A stretch of DNA of 64,000 nt from Caldilineales bacterium (lineage in GTDB: Bacteria; Chloroflexota; Anaerolineae; J102). The translations under genes were made by a program, and so were the position numbers. The notes below the pieces were generated by a model, which saw nothing but the letters and a program-made list of their open reading frames with translations, did not search any database and was not told the DNA's origin. The stretch spans positions 33,644 through 97,643 of the forward strand of contig JBBINH010000002.1 in NCBI GenBank assembly GCA_037443945.1, written 5' to 3'. This document shows positions 48,069-58,489 of this stretch, piece after piece (the first letter of the stretch is position 1; each line of letters opens with the position of its first letter).

Positions 48069-50903
48069 TTAGCCTCGGTTATCGTTGCCCGGCGGTCGCC
48101 ATGGTTGCAGGTCGGCCCAGTTGGGACCGTATTCGGGTTCGGCTTTCAAAGGTGCCCGTAACTCGTAGGCCGATTCCATGGTCGTCACGACCAGCGGCAC
48201 GACGGCATCGAGTTCCTCGGCCGGCACCTCCAGGACGATTTCGTCATGGACCTGGAGGATCATCCGCGAGCGATAGCCACCCTCGCGCAGACGACGATGC
48301 ACGCGGATGAGCGCAATTTTGAGAATATCGGCCGCCGTCCCCTGGATAGGATGGTTGACCGCCGCCCGTTCCGCCGCCGCACGCGCCTGTTGCGAGGATG
48401 TGGCGGTGGTCTGCAAGACCGGAAAATAGCGCCGCCGTCCCAAGAGGGTTTCGACGTATCCCCGTTCTCTGGCCTGGGCAATGGTGCGGTCGAGATAGCG
48501 GCGTACGCTGGGATAGGTCTCGAAGTAGGTTTTCATGAAGTGTCGGGCCTCCTCCAGGCTCAGTCCGGTACGGCTGGCGAGACCGTAGGGGCTGACCCCA
48601 TAGGAGGTGGCGAAATTCATCATCTTGGCCACGCTGCGTTGTTCCGATGTGACCTGGGCGATGGGAATGCCGTACACCTGGGCAGCCGTGGCCGCATGGA
48701 TGTCGAGACCGGCGGCAAAGTTTGTCAGCATGGTCTCATCCTCGGCGATGTGGGCGAGGATGCGTAATTCGACCTGGGAGTAGTCTACTGCCAGCAGATA
48801 ATGGCCCGGCGGCGCCACAAAAGCCTTGCGGATCTGTCGTCCTAGCTCGGTACGGACCGGGATGTTTTGCAGATTGGGGTTATTCGACGAAATACGCCCC
48901 GTTTCGGCACCGGTCTGGTCGTAGCGGGTATGGAGACGTCCGGTGAGGGGATGAACCAATTGGGGCAGGGCCAGGACGTAGGTGTTCAGCAGCTTGACCA
49001 ACTGGCGGTAGTCGAGCAGGCGGTCCACGACCGGATGGTGCCCACGCAGGGATTCCAACACCTCAGCCGCGGTGGAATAGTGGCCGCTGGCATTTTTGCG
49101 CAGACCGGTTGTGGGTAAACCCAGTTTGCCGAAGAGGACATCGGAAAGCTGCTGAGGGGAGTTGAGGTTGAAGCTATAGCCGACATCGGCGAAGATGGCT
49201 TCCGCCAGAGCCTCCAGCCGCGCTTCCAGATTCGTGGCCATGATCTGCAAAACATCGCCATCCAGAAGCACACCCGCCATTTCCATGTCGGCCAGCACAG
49301 GAATAAGGGGGACTTCCAGCTCCCAGAAGAGGCGATCAAGCCCCTTCGCTGCCAGTTCGGGCAGGATTTGATCGGCCAGGCGCCAGGTCATGTCCACATC
49401 GGCCGCAGCGTAGGGTCCGACCAGTTCGATGGGAACCTGGTCCATGGTGATTTGCTTGCGGCCGCTGCCGATAAGGGCGGCGATAGGGGTCATTTCGACT
49501 CCCAGACGGCGGAAGGCCAGGTCTTTCAAACCCAGACTATGGCTGGCCGGGTCGAGCAGAAACTGACCGATCATCGTATCAATGAGAGGCCCGGAGACAG
49601 GCAGGCCATGACGCCGACAGACAATGAGATCATACTTGGCATTGTGGGCCAGCTTGGGTCGATCGTCCGCCAGATGGGGTCCGATCCGGTCGCGCACCAG
49701 CGCCAGGGGCAATTGTTGGCCCTGGCGATGTCCCACGGGAATATAGACATTACATTCCGGCCCTTCACCCCACCCAAGCGCCAGTCCCACCAGTTCGGCC
49801 CGATGTTCATCGGTCGAGGTCGTTTCCACATCCAGCGCCAGCCGGGGAGCGGCCGCCAGCTTGGCGCTTAAGTCGGCCAGAGCCTCGGGCGTCGTGATGA
49901 TGGGATAAGTCGGTATCGCCGTCACCGATAGGCTCGCCGGGGGCGATGGGGCTATATCGCCCTCGGCGAAGAGGGCCAATTGACCGGCAGGCTCGGTAGC
50001 CGGTGCTGCCGGCGCCGGTATCGGCTCCGGTTCGGAGGGGGTGACGGTAGCGGGCAACCGTGGCAGCAACGAACGGAATTCGAGTTCCTGAAACAGCCGG
50101 ACGACCTGCTGGCGGTTGTAAGCCCTCAACGTGCAATGGGCCAGGTCAAGCTGCAGACCGGGCACATCGACGATGGTGGCGAGGGCACGCGAGAGATAGG
50201 CTTGATCGCGATAGGCGGCCAGAGCCTCACGCACGCGCGCCGGGGTTATTTCGTCGAGGTGGGCGTAGATGGTGTCGAGATCGCCCCAGGTGCGGAGCAG
50301 TTGCACGGCGCTCTTGTCGCCGATGCCGGGCACGCCGGGGATGTTGTCGGATTTATCGCCCACCAGGGCTTTGTAATCCACCAATTGGGCGGGGGCAAGA
50401 CCGTACCGTTCCTGTACCGTGTCCGGTGTGTAGAGAATGGTGTCGGAGAAGCGACGACCGGAGGTGAGGACGGTGATATGGTCGTTGACGACCTGCAGCA
50501 AATCCCGGTCTCCGGTGACGATCAAGGTAGGGATACCATGAGCAGCGGCCTGGCGGGCCAGGGTGGCCAGCACATCGTCGGCTTCATAACCTTCGGCGCT
50601 GAATACCGGGATGTTGAAAGCCGCTACCAGCTCCTGGATGCGGTTGATCTGCTGTTCCAGCTCATCGGGCATGCGCTCGCGCGTGGCCTTGTAGTCAGGG
50701 AAGCGCTCCTGTCGAAAGCTGCGACCGACATCGAAGGCAACGGCCATGTGCGTCGGCTGCTGATCGCGCAGCACGTTCAAGAGCATGGAAGCGAAGCCGT
50801 AGACGGCATTGGTCAGCTCCCCCCGACTGGTAGCCAGCTCCGGCGGCAAGGCCAGAAAGGCACGATACGCCAAGGAATGGCCGTCAATCAGAATCAGTTT
50901 CAT
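48069..50903 (-). CDS. polA: DNA polymerase I
   Basis: The N-terminal 5'-3' exonuclease (MKLILIDGHSLAYRAF), a central 3'-5' exo-like domain and C-terminal pol motifs A/B/C (DYSQVELR, RSVAKMMNFATSYG, QVHDEI) are present. Confidence 0.95.
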   Translation of the reverse strand: MKLILIDGHSLAYRAFLALPPELATSRGELTNAVYGFASMLLNVLRDQQPTHMAVAFDVGRSFRQERFPDYKATRERMPDELEQQINRIQELVAAFNIPVFSAEGYEADDVLATLARQAAAHGIPTLIVTGDRDLLQVVNDHITVLTSGRRFSDTILYTPDTVQERYGLAPAQLVDYKALVGDKSDNIPGVPGIGDKSAVQLLRTWGDLDTIYAHLDEITPARVREALAAYRDQAYLSRALATIVDVPGLQLDLAHCTLRAYNRQQVVRLFQELEFRSLLPRLPATVTPSEPEPIPAPAAPATEPAGQLALFAEGDIAPSPPASLSVTAIPTYPIITTPEALADLSAKLAAAPRLALDVETTSTDEHRAELVGLALGWGEGPECNVYIPVGHRQGQQLPLALVRDRIGPHLADDRPKLAHNAKYDLIVCRRHGLPVSGPLIDTMIGQFLLDPASHSLGLKDLAFRRLGVEMTPIAALIGSGRKQITMDQVPIELVGPYAAADVDMTWRLADQILPELAAKGLDRLFWELEVPLIPVLADMEMAGVLLDGDVLQIMATNLEARLEALAEAIFADVGYSFNLNSPQQLSDVLFGKLGLPTTGLRKNASGHYSTAAEVLESLRGHHPVVDRLLDYRQLVKLLNTYVLALPQLVHPLTGRLHTRYDQTGAETGRISSNNPNLQNIPVRTELGRQIRKAFVAPPGHYLLAVDYSQVELRILAHIAEDETMLTNFAAGLDIHAATAAQVYGIPIAQVTSEQRSVAKMMNFATSYGVSPYGLASRTGLSLEEARHFMKTYFETYPSVRRYLDRTIAQARERGYVETLLGRRRYFPVLQTTATSSQQARAAAERAAVNHPIQGTAADILKIALIRVHRRLREGGYRSRMILQVHDEIVLEVPAEELDAVVPLVVTTMESAYELRAPLKAEPEYGPNWADLQPWRPPGNDNRG

Positions 50904-50958
50904 CGGACTCCCTTATGGGACACACAGCCCGGCAGGTGGGGAGCAAGTACGGTCGCCG

Positions 50959-51189
50959 TCACGAGCGCTGAACCGTGATTTTACCGGCAGCAATCAGGGT
51001 CTGGACCTGAGGATGGTTCAGGATTTCTTGACGAAAACGCTGACGACGCCCTTTGTCCAGACGAAATTCACCCGAAGACAGACAGAGGATGATGTTCTCA
51101 TCGCCGCTATTCTCTAACCACACCATGTCATGGACGTTCCAGGTATGTTCACGAGTCACTCGAGAACGATGCCACAGGGGAATGCGCAT
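50959..51189 (-). CDS. small hypothetical protein (76 aa) between the DEAD-box helicase and polA
   Basis: The ORF fills the 300-nt co-directional gap. I recognised no family. The sequence is MRIPLWHRSRVTREHTWNVHDMVWLENSGDENIILCLSSGEFRLDKGRRQRFRQEILNHPQVQTLIAAGKITVQRS. Confidence 0.35.
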   Translation of the reverse strand: MRIPLWHRSRVTREHTWNVHDMVWLENSGDENIILCLSSGEFRLDKGRRQRFRQEILNHPQVQTLIAAGKITVQRS

Positions 51190-51202
51190 AGCTCAGACCC
51201 AC

Positions 51203-52834
51203 TCAGGCACGACGAAAGGTGACGACGCGGCCGCGCAAGCGCGTGCTGGGCACGCGATTGAGGACCCGGTCGATGTATTCCTCCTGGATTTCAACGTACG
51301 TGAACCGATCGCGGATGTCAATGTTGCCGACGGCGCGACCGGGGATGTTGGCCTCATTGGCGATGGCGCCGACAATGTCCTTGGGCCGTACGCCGATGTC
51401 ATACCCGGCATCCATAATCAGACGTACATAACCGGGTTCGACTTCGCGTTCTTCCTCGCGGGGGCGCTCGCGAACGACCTCACGCGGACGCACGGCGGGG
51501 GGAGCAGGCGTCGGTGCGGGCGGTGGGCGCCGCTCGGCGCGGCGGGTGAAAATCGCTTCGACCTGGCTAAGCTGCATCAGACTCACGGCAGCCGCTGCCA
51601 ATTCGGACCAATCGTACCCCTCCTCGGCCAGCTCGTTGAGGAGCAGCATATAAATCTCCAGGTTACTGCGGGCGATGATATCGCGCAAAGCTTGCTTGAG
51701 GCTTTCCGAGCGCTGGACAACCCGATCGGCACGTGTAGGCGGTAGTACGGCCTTGACCCGCACTCCCAGAAAGCTCTCGATCTGGGCCAAGAGCGGGCGT
51801 TCGCGTGGAGTGACCAGGGTGAAAACGGAGCCGTTTTCGAGGACAACCCTGGTGCGCGCAGCATAGCTTTCGGCATCGGTCGGCACATCGTAGCTGATGA
51901 CAAAGCCGGTTTCCAGATTGAGTCCGACGGCAGCGGCATCGGTGAGGACGATGAAATGGAGATGACCGTCATGCCAGTTGCGCAGCAGGCGCTCGCGCGT
52001 TTCGGCGTCGGTTCTGCTATGCAGATGTCCGGCATGATAACCCTGGCTGCGCAGCAATTGCGCTATGCGCTCGGCATCAGGCCTCAGGTTGACATAAACC
52101 AGACCACGATCGACCAGTTCTCCATCCAGCAGTCGCAAAAGCGCCAGGGGTTTTTCGGCCGGGGCAACGCTCTGGTAGCGGTGCTTCACCAACGGCATGG
52201 TCACAAAGGTAAACTCCGGCTTCAGCACCAGAGGTTCGAAGAGGTGTTGGTCGGCAAAATTCTCGATGTCTTCATCGAGCTGGGTGGTCAAGACAATTGT
52301 CTGCCGGCTGCCGGGCACCTCCTCTAAAACGGCTTCCAGGGCTTCCATTTGGGTCTCGACTACCAAATGGTCGAAGTCATCGATCACGACAACCTGGATC
52401 TGCTCGAGACCGAAGGAGGCTCTGTCCACATGCTGTTTGATCCGCTCGGGTGTACCGACGACAATGCTCACCGTCCGATCGAGGCGTTCAGCTTCGCGCG
52501 CAATCGGTTGTTCCTCAAACACGGGGACGATGTGGATGTTTTGGTTGTCGTTTAGGGCCTGTAAGAAGCCAGATACACGCATGGCATCGTTCCCTGTGGG
52601 AACGAAAACGAGAACCTGGATGCCTTCGGTCTCGGTATTCAGAGTCTGCAGGATAGGGAGTGCGTAGGCAGCCGTTTTGCCACTACCAGGTGCGGCCTCG
52701 ATGATGGCATCGCGACCTGCCAGCAAGTGGGGAATAACATCCCGCTGAATTTTGCTGGGTCTTTCGTACCCAAGTGCTTCTAATCCCGCCACACTATCGG
52801 GATTGAGTCCAAGTTCGGCGAAAGTCTGACTCAT
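51203..52834 (-). CDS. DEAD-box ATP-dependent RNA helicase with C-terminal RNA-binding extension
   Basis: Q motif, Walker A (APGSGKTAAY), DEAD-like box (VIDDFD), SAT-like (TTQ) and motif VI (HRTDAETR-like 'HSRTD') are present. The C-terminal region resembles a DbpA-type RNA-binding domain. Confidence 0.9.
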   Translation of the reverse strand: MSQTFAELGLNPDSVAGLEALGYERPSKIQRDVIPHLLAGRDAIIEAAPGSGKTAAYALPILQTLNTETEGIQVLVFVPTGNDAMRVSGFLQALNDNQNIHIVPVFEEQPIAREAERLDRTVSIVVGTPERIKQHVDRASFGLEQIQVVVIDDFDHLVVETQMEALEAVLEEVPGSRQTIVLTTQLDEDIENFADQHLFEPLVLKPEFTFVTMPLVKHRYQSVAPAEKPLALLRLLDGELVDRGLVYVNLRPDAERIAQLLRSQGYHAGHLHSRTDAETRERLLRNWHDGHLHFIVLTDAAAVGLNLETGFVISYDVPTDAESYAARTRVVLENGSVFTLVTPRERPLLAQIESFLGVRVKAVLPPTRADRVVQRSESLKQALRDIIARSNLEIYMLLLNELAEEGYDWSELAAAAVSLMQLSQVEAIFTRRAERRPPPAPTPAPPAVRPREVVRERPREEEREVEPGYVRLIMDAGYDIGVRPKDIVGAIANEANIPGRAVGNIDIRDRFTYVEIQEEYIDRVLNRVPSTRLRGRVVTFRRA

Positions 52835-53022
52835 GTGAAATATCCTACCTCAACAGAAAAATATAAGCATTGGCACCGGTCACTTGCCTGATTTTAGCTC
52901 CCGGGGGTGTTGTTGAACCCACACCACTGTAAAGTTTAGCATACTTGAAGCGAAGTAAAAAATCCTGGAGAAGCTGATATAGCCGCTCCAGGCCTTTTGG
53001 GGCTATCTTCTAAATGCCCTCC

Positions 53023-53802
53023 TTATTGAACCTCCGGCTCGATGCCCAATGCGCGTAATTGGGCGGCCAGACGCTCGGCGCGTCTTCGTTCCTCCTCGGC
53101 CTGGCGTTGGGCCTCCTCGGCGCGGCGGCGTTCGGCCTGGGCGAGTTCGGCGGCGGTGGGGATGAGGCGGCCTTCGGGGTCGCACCAGCGCAGCCAGCGG
53201 GAGCGGACGCCTTCGAAGGAGCCTTCCCAGAGGCGGAGGCCGAGGCCTACCTGGGGGAGCATGGTGTCCTCCCGTTGGCGGTAGCCTGCGGTGGTCCATT
53301 CGAGGACGACGAGTTCCTGTTCCTGGAGGAGGCGCTGGGGGTCGTGGACGACGTAGTAGGGGATGTGCATTTGCTCGTAGCGCTGCTGTTTGTCGCTGCG
53401 TTCGCCGCCGCGGCGGTTGGAGACGATTTCGATGACGACGTCGGGGACCTTGCCGAACTCCCAGACGAAGTAGCTGCGGTGCTCCTTGGGCCAGAGGTCG
53501 TCCCAGAGGTGGACGTCGAGGCTGAGGAAGACATCGGGGACGAGGGGTGGTTGGTTGATGGCGTTGAAGAGGCCGACGTTGGCGAAGACGGCGAAGGGGC
53601 GACCGGGTTGCCAGGAGCTGTAGAGGGGTTCGGTGAGGAGGCGCTGTTGTTTTTCCGAGAAGATGTTGTCCACCGGCGTGTCATCCTCGGTGATGAGGTG
53701 GGTGATATCGGGTCGCGGGGGAGGTTCCCAGAGGGGTTCGGGGAGGGGCGAGACGGTAGCCTCTTCGGGTTGGGGTGGTCGTTCCAGAACCGTTACATCC
53801 AT
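53023..53802 (-). CDS. Uma2-family endonuclease (DUF820/PF05685)
   Basis: 'PDVVIEIVSNRRGGERSDKQQRYEQMHIPYYVVHDPQ' is the PD-(D/E)xK core typical of Uma2. A Glu/Arg/Ala-rich C-terminal tail is present. The start is set at MDVTVLERP. Confidence 0.8.
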   Translation of the reverse strand: MDVTVLERPPQPEEATVSPLPEPLWEPPPRPDITHLITEDDTPVDNIFSEKQQRLLTEPLYSSWQPGRPFAVFANVGLFNAINQPPLVPDVFLSLDVHLWDDLWPKEHRSYFVWEFGKVPDVVIEIVSNRRGGERSDKQQRYEQMHIPYYVVHDPQRLLQEQELVVLEWTTAGYRQREDTMLPQVGLGLRLWEGSFEGVRSRWLRWCDPEGRLIPTAAELAQAERRRAEEAQRQAEEERRRAERLAAQLRALGIEPEVQ

Positions 53803-53994
53803 CCGTTGTTCTCCTAATAAACCGACGAATACCTGAAAATTCGGTATCATGGGTCATTATAGCCCCCTGCATGGTGGGCTGCAAACCCAACGACAAAAGC
53901 CAGGATCCAGGGGTTTGCCTGCCCATCTGCCGGGGCTTTGTTGTCACCGCTTAGCGATTTGCTCGCCAGCTCGGACTGCGGTGATAATGAGCCT

Positions 53995-54681
53995 ATGCCG
54001 TTCGTGTTACCGCTCCTCGATATTGACCTCATCCTTTTTGATTTGGATAATACCCTCTACCATCGCCACGATGGGTTGTGGGCCGAAATCGACAAACGCA
54101 TTTTGACCTACGTATGTCAGACGCTGGCTCTAGAACCCGACGAAGCCAGAGTCCTTCAGAAGCGCTATTGGCGTCAGTACGGCACCACCCTTATGGGGTT
54201 GATGTGCGAACACGGTATCCCGCCTCAACCCTATTTGGACTACGTGCACGATTTCGATGTCAGCCGTTACCTACAGCCCAACCCCGAACTGGCAGCTATC
54301 CTGGCAACTTTGCCCCAGCGTAAGGCTGTCTTTACGAATGCCACTTCAAAACATGCCCGCAACGTGCTTTCGGCATTGGGCTTGCTTTCTTTTTTCGAAA
54401 TGTTGATCGGTGTAGAAGAGGTTGGCTATATCCCCAAACCGCAGAGGGCAGCTTACGAACGGTGTTTAGCTTTGCTGAATGTCTCCGCCGATCGGTGCTT
54501 GTTCATCGAGGACAGCGCGGTAAACCTCCCTCCGGCCCGGGCCCTGGGTATGAAAACCGTGCTTATCGGTAGCGCAACAGAAGGCGAAGCGGATTTCTAC
54601 CTGGACCGGATCGAAGCGATCGGCCAACTTTTCGGCCGCGGCGTTGGGGTAAACGCCCCGGGCGATGGGCACTCCGGTTGA
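53995..54681 (+). CDS. HAD-family hydrolase (pyrimidine 5'-nucleotidase/HAD-IA-like)
   Basis: Motif I 'LILFDLDNTLY', motif II (FTNAT) and motif IV (FIEDSAVN) are present. Confidence 0.75.
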   Translation: MPFVLPLLDIDLILFDLDNTLYHRHDGLWAEIDKRILTYVCQTLALEPDEARVLQKRYWRQYGTTLMGLMCEHGIPPQPYLDYVHDFDVSRYLQPNPELAAILATLPQRKAVFTNATSKHARNVLSALGLLSFFEMLIGVEEVGYIPKPQRAAYERCLALLNVSADRCLFIEDSAVNLPPARALGMKTVLIGSATEGEADFYLDRIEAIGQLFGRGVGVNAPGDGHSG

Positions 54682-54707
54682 TCCGTTCGCTTTGAGCCGT
54701 TTGCATT

Positions 54708-56249
54708 TTGCGATTCCCGGCCATGCGCCTGTCTATCTTGTTGACCAACACCGGCTTCAATGTCGCCGGGATGATCCTGACGTCGCTCCTGGCACTGGTG
54801 CTTACGCCCTGGCTAATCCGAGGGCTGGGTGCGGAGCTGTTTGGGGTATGGGCCTTATTCGGTGTAGTCATTGCCATGGCGCAAATGCTGGATCTCGGTC
54901 TGGGCCGGGCCTTGATACGCACCATCGCTCATCATAGGGCCTTAGGGCAATGGTCGGCTATAGCCGAAGCGCTCAACAGTGTGCTCTGGCCCTTGCTGAT
55001 ATCGGCCGTCTTCCTTAGCGCCATCGTCGTGGTTTTGGCTCCTTGGTGGGTACACTTGTTGGGTGTCCCCCCCTCATACGTTGTCGCCGTAGTGCCGGCC
55101 TTTCGCCTGCTTGGCTTGAGCTTTGCACCGTTGGTCTTGACGCTCGTCTTGGCCGCCGTCGTGGACGGCTGTCAACGCATGGTGTACACGAATCTTGCGC
55201 TCATCGCCAACCGCAGCACATTTGCCGTTATAGGTGTGTTGGCCTTGACGTTGGATTGGGGCTTGACAGGAGTGGCGTTCGCAACGTTGGTCGGTGTGGT
55301 GGTACAAATGGCGTTGCTCCTAGCAGCAGTGCGGCGGGTGGCACCGGCGTTGCGTTTTTCGCCTCGCTTGCTTCGGGTGCGGCTGTTATACCGGGAGTGG
55401 CGCTTTGGACGTTTTGTGTTTCTGACGAGTTTGATCGCGCTGGGTTTTACGGCCGGAAACAAGCTCATCCTGGCGCGATGGGTAGGATTAACGGCTTTGG
55501 GTTACTACGAGTTGGCCGTGACCATCGCTACCCAGTTGTTCACCCTGGCTTTGGCCATGGCCCAGGCACTCTATCCGGCGTATGTCTCTGCTCTGGCCGA
55601 AGGCGGCATGGCCATGGTACGACAGCTCTACGGTCATGCCCTGCGTCTGGCCATGCTTGTGTTGGCGCCGCTTACTGCCGTTATCGTGGCCTTGGCGCGG
55701 CCGTTTGTGTTGGCCTGGTTGGGGCAGCCGGTAACGGCAGTCATCACCGGCCTGCACTGGCTGAGCATCGGTTGGGCATTCGTCGGTTTGGCAGCGGTGG
55801 CTTCGGTCGGTTTGCAGGCCCTGGACCGGCCGTTTTGGGCTACTGTGTTTTCCCTCTATAACTTGCTTATCAATCTGCTGTTGGCCATCATGTGGGTGCC
55901 GGTGTGGGGCTATCATGGCCTTATCGCGGCTAACATGGTGGCTATCACCAGCAGTGCTGCCCTGACCCAGCTTGTCTTCGGGCATGCGGTCGGTGTATCC
56001 CCTGCCTTCTGGCTAAGGGCCTTGTCCCCTGCGATGCTGGTATGGTTATCGACTCTGGTCGGATTATGGACCTGGTTTGGCAGTCGTTGGCAACATCCTC
56101 ATGTCCCCGGTCTGTTTCTATTGGGAGGCGCGTTCCTCCTCATTTACACAGGAGGCTTATGGCTTTTGCGCTTGTTACGACCTGAGGAAGCGGCCTGGTT
56201 GCAACGTCGCATCCGGCGACATTCCGGCTATCAGGGGGTGGCGCTATGA
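54708..56249 (+). CDS. polysaccharide biosynthesis protein / oligosaccharide flippase (Wzx/MOP superfamily)
   Basis: About 14 predicted TM helices. The N-terminal 'GFNVAGMILTSLLALVLTPWLIRGLGAELFGVW' is typical of the PST/Wzx family. Confidence 0.8.
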   Translation: MRFPAMRLSILLTNTGFNVAGMILTSLLALVLTPWLIRGLGAELFGVWALFGVVIAMAQMLDLGLGRALIRTIAHHRALGQWSAIAEALNSVLWPLLISAVFLSAIVVVLAPWWVHLLGVPPSYVVAVVPAFRLLGLSFAPLVLTLVLAAVVDGCQRMVYTNLALIANRSTFAVIGVLALTLDWGLTGVAFATLVGVVVQMALLLAAVRRVAPALRFSPRLLRVRLLYREWRFGRFVFLTSLIALGFTAGNKLILARWVGLTALGYYELAVTIATQLFTLALAMAQALYPAYVSALAEGGMAMVRQLYGHALRLAMLVLAPLTAVIVALARPFVLAWLGQPVTAVITGLHWLSIGWAFVGLAAVASVGLQALDRPFWATVFSLYNLLINLLLAIMWVPVWGYHGLIAANMVAITSSAALTQLVFGHAVGVSPAFWLRALSPAMLVWLSTLVGLWTWFGSRWQHPHVPGLFLLGGAFLLIYTGGLWLLRLLRPEEAAWLQRRIRRHSGYQGVAL

Positions 56250-57292
56250 CGCTCTGCGATGTCAGCCTGGTCATTGTTACCTGGAATGTAAGCACGGCGC
56301 TCACCCGATGTCTGGCGGCGTTGCCGGCAGCCTGGGATAGCGGTGACGAACTTCCGTTCCGGCACTGGGAACTGATTATCGTGGATAATGCCTCGACCGA
56401 TGGCACGGCCGCTGCCGTGTCGCAACAGGCGATGGCCTTGCTGGCGACGAGAACCGGTCGGCCCCCTCGCCAGGTGCGCTTGCTGGTCAATGCTCACAAT
56501 CGTCTGTACACGGCGGCGGCTAACCAGGGCCTGGATGCGGCTCAGGGGCGTTATCGCCTCGTGCTCAATCCGGATACCATCCCTACCCCCGGCAGCCTGG
56601 CGCGGTTGGTAGCGCTGGCCGAGGCCCATCCCCGCATCGGATTGGTCGGTCCGCGCATCCTAACGACCGAAGGCTGCGATGATCTGCGGACAGGACGTCA
56701 TTATCCCACCCCGTGGTCGGAATTCAGCGACTGGTTGGGATTGACGCGACGCTTTCCCGGTTCACGACTATGGGCTGCTAACCTGCGTCCTGATGTCCCC
56801 CGCACCCGCACAGGCCCGGTTCCGGTTCTTTCGGGGGCGTGCTTGCTTTTCTCGGCTTCGCTCCCTGCGCATTTGCAGCGTTTTGACCCTGATTATCCCA
56901 TGTACGGCGAGGATCTCGACCTTTGTCGGCGTGTCCAGGCGGCCGGTTATGAGACCTGGCTGGCAGCCGAAGCCGTTATCCAACATATCGGCGGCCTGAG
57001 CAGTCGGCAGGCACGGGTCGACGCGGCCTTGCTGGCTGCGGATGGGGTCAATCGCTACTTTCGACGCTGGCATGGCCTCCAGGCAGCACAACGCCATCGT
57101 CTGGGGATGGCCGTTGTAGCCGCTGTTAAGTGGTCGGTCTTCAGCCTGTTGAGTTGGTTCGGCCTGGAGAAACAACCCGACCTGCAGCGTCGTCTTCATG
57201 CCGGATTATGGCGTTGGGCCTGGAGTGGCCGTCTGGACAGAACGGGGACAACGGCTGCCGAAGTTCACACCGTGGTTTTGTCATGCTCATGA
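56246..57292 (+). CDS. glycosyltransferase family 2
   Basis: 'VSLVIVTWN', 'IIVDNASTDGT' and the DxD region are present. It has an ATGA overlap with the flippase gene. Confidence 0.85.
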   Translation: MTLCDVSLVIVTWNVSTALTRCLAALPAAWDSGDELPFRHWELIIVDNASTDGTAAAVSQQAMALLATRTGRPPRQVRLLVNAHNRLYTAAANQGLDAAQGRYRLVLNPDTIPTPGSLARLVALAEAHPRIGLVGPRILTTEGCDDLRTGRHYPTPWSEFSDWLGLTRRFPGSRLWAANLRPDVPRTRTGPVPVLSGACLLFSASLPAHLQRFDPDYPMYGEDLDLCRRVQAAGYETWLAAEAVIQHIGGLSSRQARVDAALLAADGVNRYFRRWHGLQAAQRHRLGMAVVAAVKWSVFSLLSWFGLEKQPDLQRRLHAGLWRWAWSGRLDRTGTTAAEVHTVVLSCS

Positions 57293-58488
57293 CTGTGCCG
57301 ACCTTGCGCGTGCTCCATTGCCGTCAGGGTGACCGTGTCTGGGGACCGGAACGCCAGATCCTGCAGTTGGCCAAACATCTGCCCGAACTGGGGATTGAGG
57401 TGGAAATCGTGCTGTTACGTCGTTGGGGCCTGGACACCGAACCCCATCCGTTGGTCAGGCAAGCGCGTGCCTTTGGTTGTGTTGCACATGAGATTTCGGC
57501 GCGTCCCCAGGATACGCTGCAAGTCCTTCGTTTTCTACGCCATCGTCTGACTTACTGCGACCTGTTGCATACGCATGAGTTCAAAAGCGATTTGCTGGGT
57601 TGGCCGGTAGCCCGTCATTTAGGACGACCTTGGATTGCTACCGACCATCACTTGGCCGTGGACAAAAGCCATTTGTTGCGGTTATTCGCCGCTCTCGATC
57701 GGCGTGCCTTACGACGGGCCGATGCGGTTATTGTGCCTTCTTATAGTCAGGCGCTGCGCCTGCAAGAGGTGGTACCACCGGAGCGGGTGCATATTATCTA
57801 CCATGGTATCGATGCTACCGCCTTTGCTCAAAGTGCCGGTAATGCGCGGCCGTTGGTGCGCAAACGCTATGGGGTCGCCGATAACGAACCGGTTATTGCG
57901 GTTTTCGGACGGCTCGAGCCGGTCAAAGGCCATGCCGACCTGTTAGAAGCGGCACGGCTCATGCTGCAGATGCGCTCCGATCTTCATTTCTGGATTGTGG
58001 GTGAGGGTAGCCTGGATAAGGCCCTGCAGCGTCGAGCCCACGCGCTGGGCATTGCCGGAGCGGTACGATTTCTGGGTTATCAGCAGGATGTAGCCCCGCT
58101 CATGGCCGCCAGCGATCTGATTGTGTTACCATCCCGGCATGAATCCTTCGGTATCGTCCTCATCGAGGCCATGTCATTGGGAAAGCCAATTCTCGCCAGT
58201 GCTGTCGGCGGTGTTTCCGAGGTCATCCCGGACGGCATTGGGGGCATTTTGGTACCACCCGGTCAGCCGGCCGAGTTGAGCCGCCGTGCTCTTCGGTTGC
58301 TGGCCGATCCGGCCTGGGCCGCTGCTTTGGGTAGGGCGGGACAGCACCGTGTGCAAACCCTCTTTACTATCAAGCCTATGGTCGAGCGTGTGGCCGCTTT
58401 GTATCGTCAGACGGTGGCGCAAAACCGGGCCATGAGCACGGTCATAGCGCGCAGGTCATCCCATTTCTCTCCTTTATCCCGTTCTTAG
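57283..58488 (+). CDS. glycosyltransferase family 4
   Basis: A GT-B fold is present, with 'PSRHESFGIVLIEAMSLGKPILAS' (the EX7E region). The start overlaps the GT2 stop (ATG at 57283 or 57289). Confidence 0.85.
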   Translation: MLMTVPTLRVLHCRQGDRVWGPERQILQLAKHLPELGIEVEIVLLRRWGLDTEPHPLVRQARAFGCVAHEISARPQDTLQVLRFLRHRLTYCDLLHTHEFKSDLLGWPVARHLGRPWIATDHHLAVDKSHLLRLFAALDRRALRRADAVIVPSYSQALRLQEVVPPERVHIIYHGIDATAFAQSAGNARPLVRKRYGVADNEPVIAVFGRLEPVKGHADLLEAARLMLQMRSDLHFWIVGEGSLDKALQRRAHALGIAGAVRFLGYQQDVAPLMAASDLIVLPSRHESFGIVLIEAMSLGKPILASAVGGVSEVIPDGIGGILVPPGQPAELSRRALRLLADPAWAAALGRAGQHRVQTLFTIKPMVERVAALYRQTVAQNRAMSTVIARRSSHFSPLSRS

Positions 58489-58489
58489 G

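Noticed and set aside
53059-53817. 252-aa + ORF rich in Gly/Ala/Glu/Phe
   Set aside because: Antisense of the Uma2-family endonuclease gene, whose PD-(D/E)xK core is clear on the minus strand.
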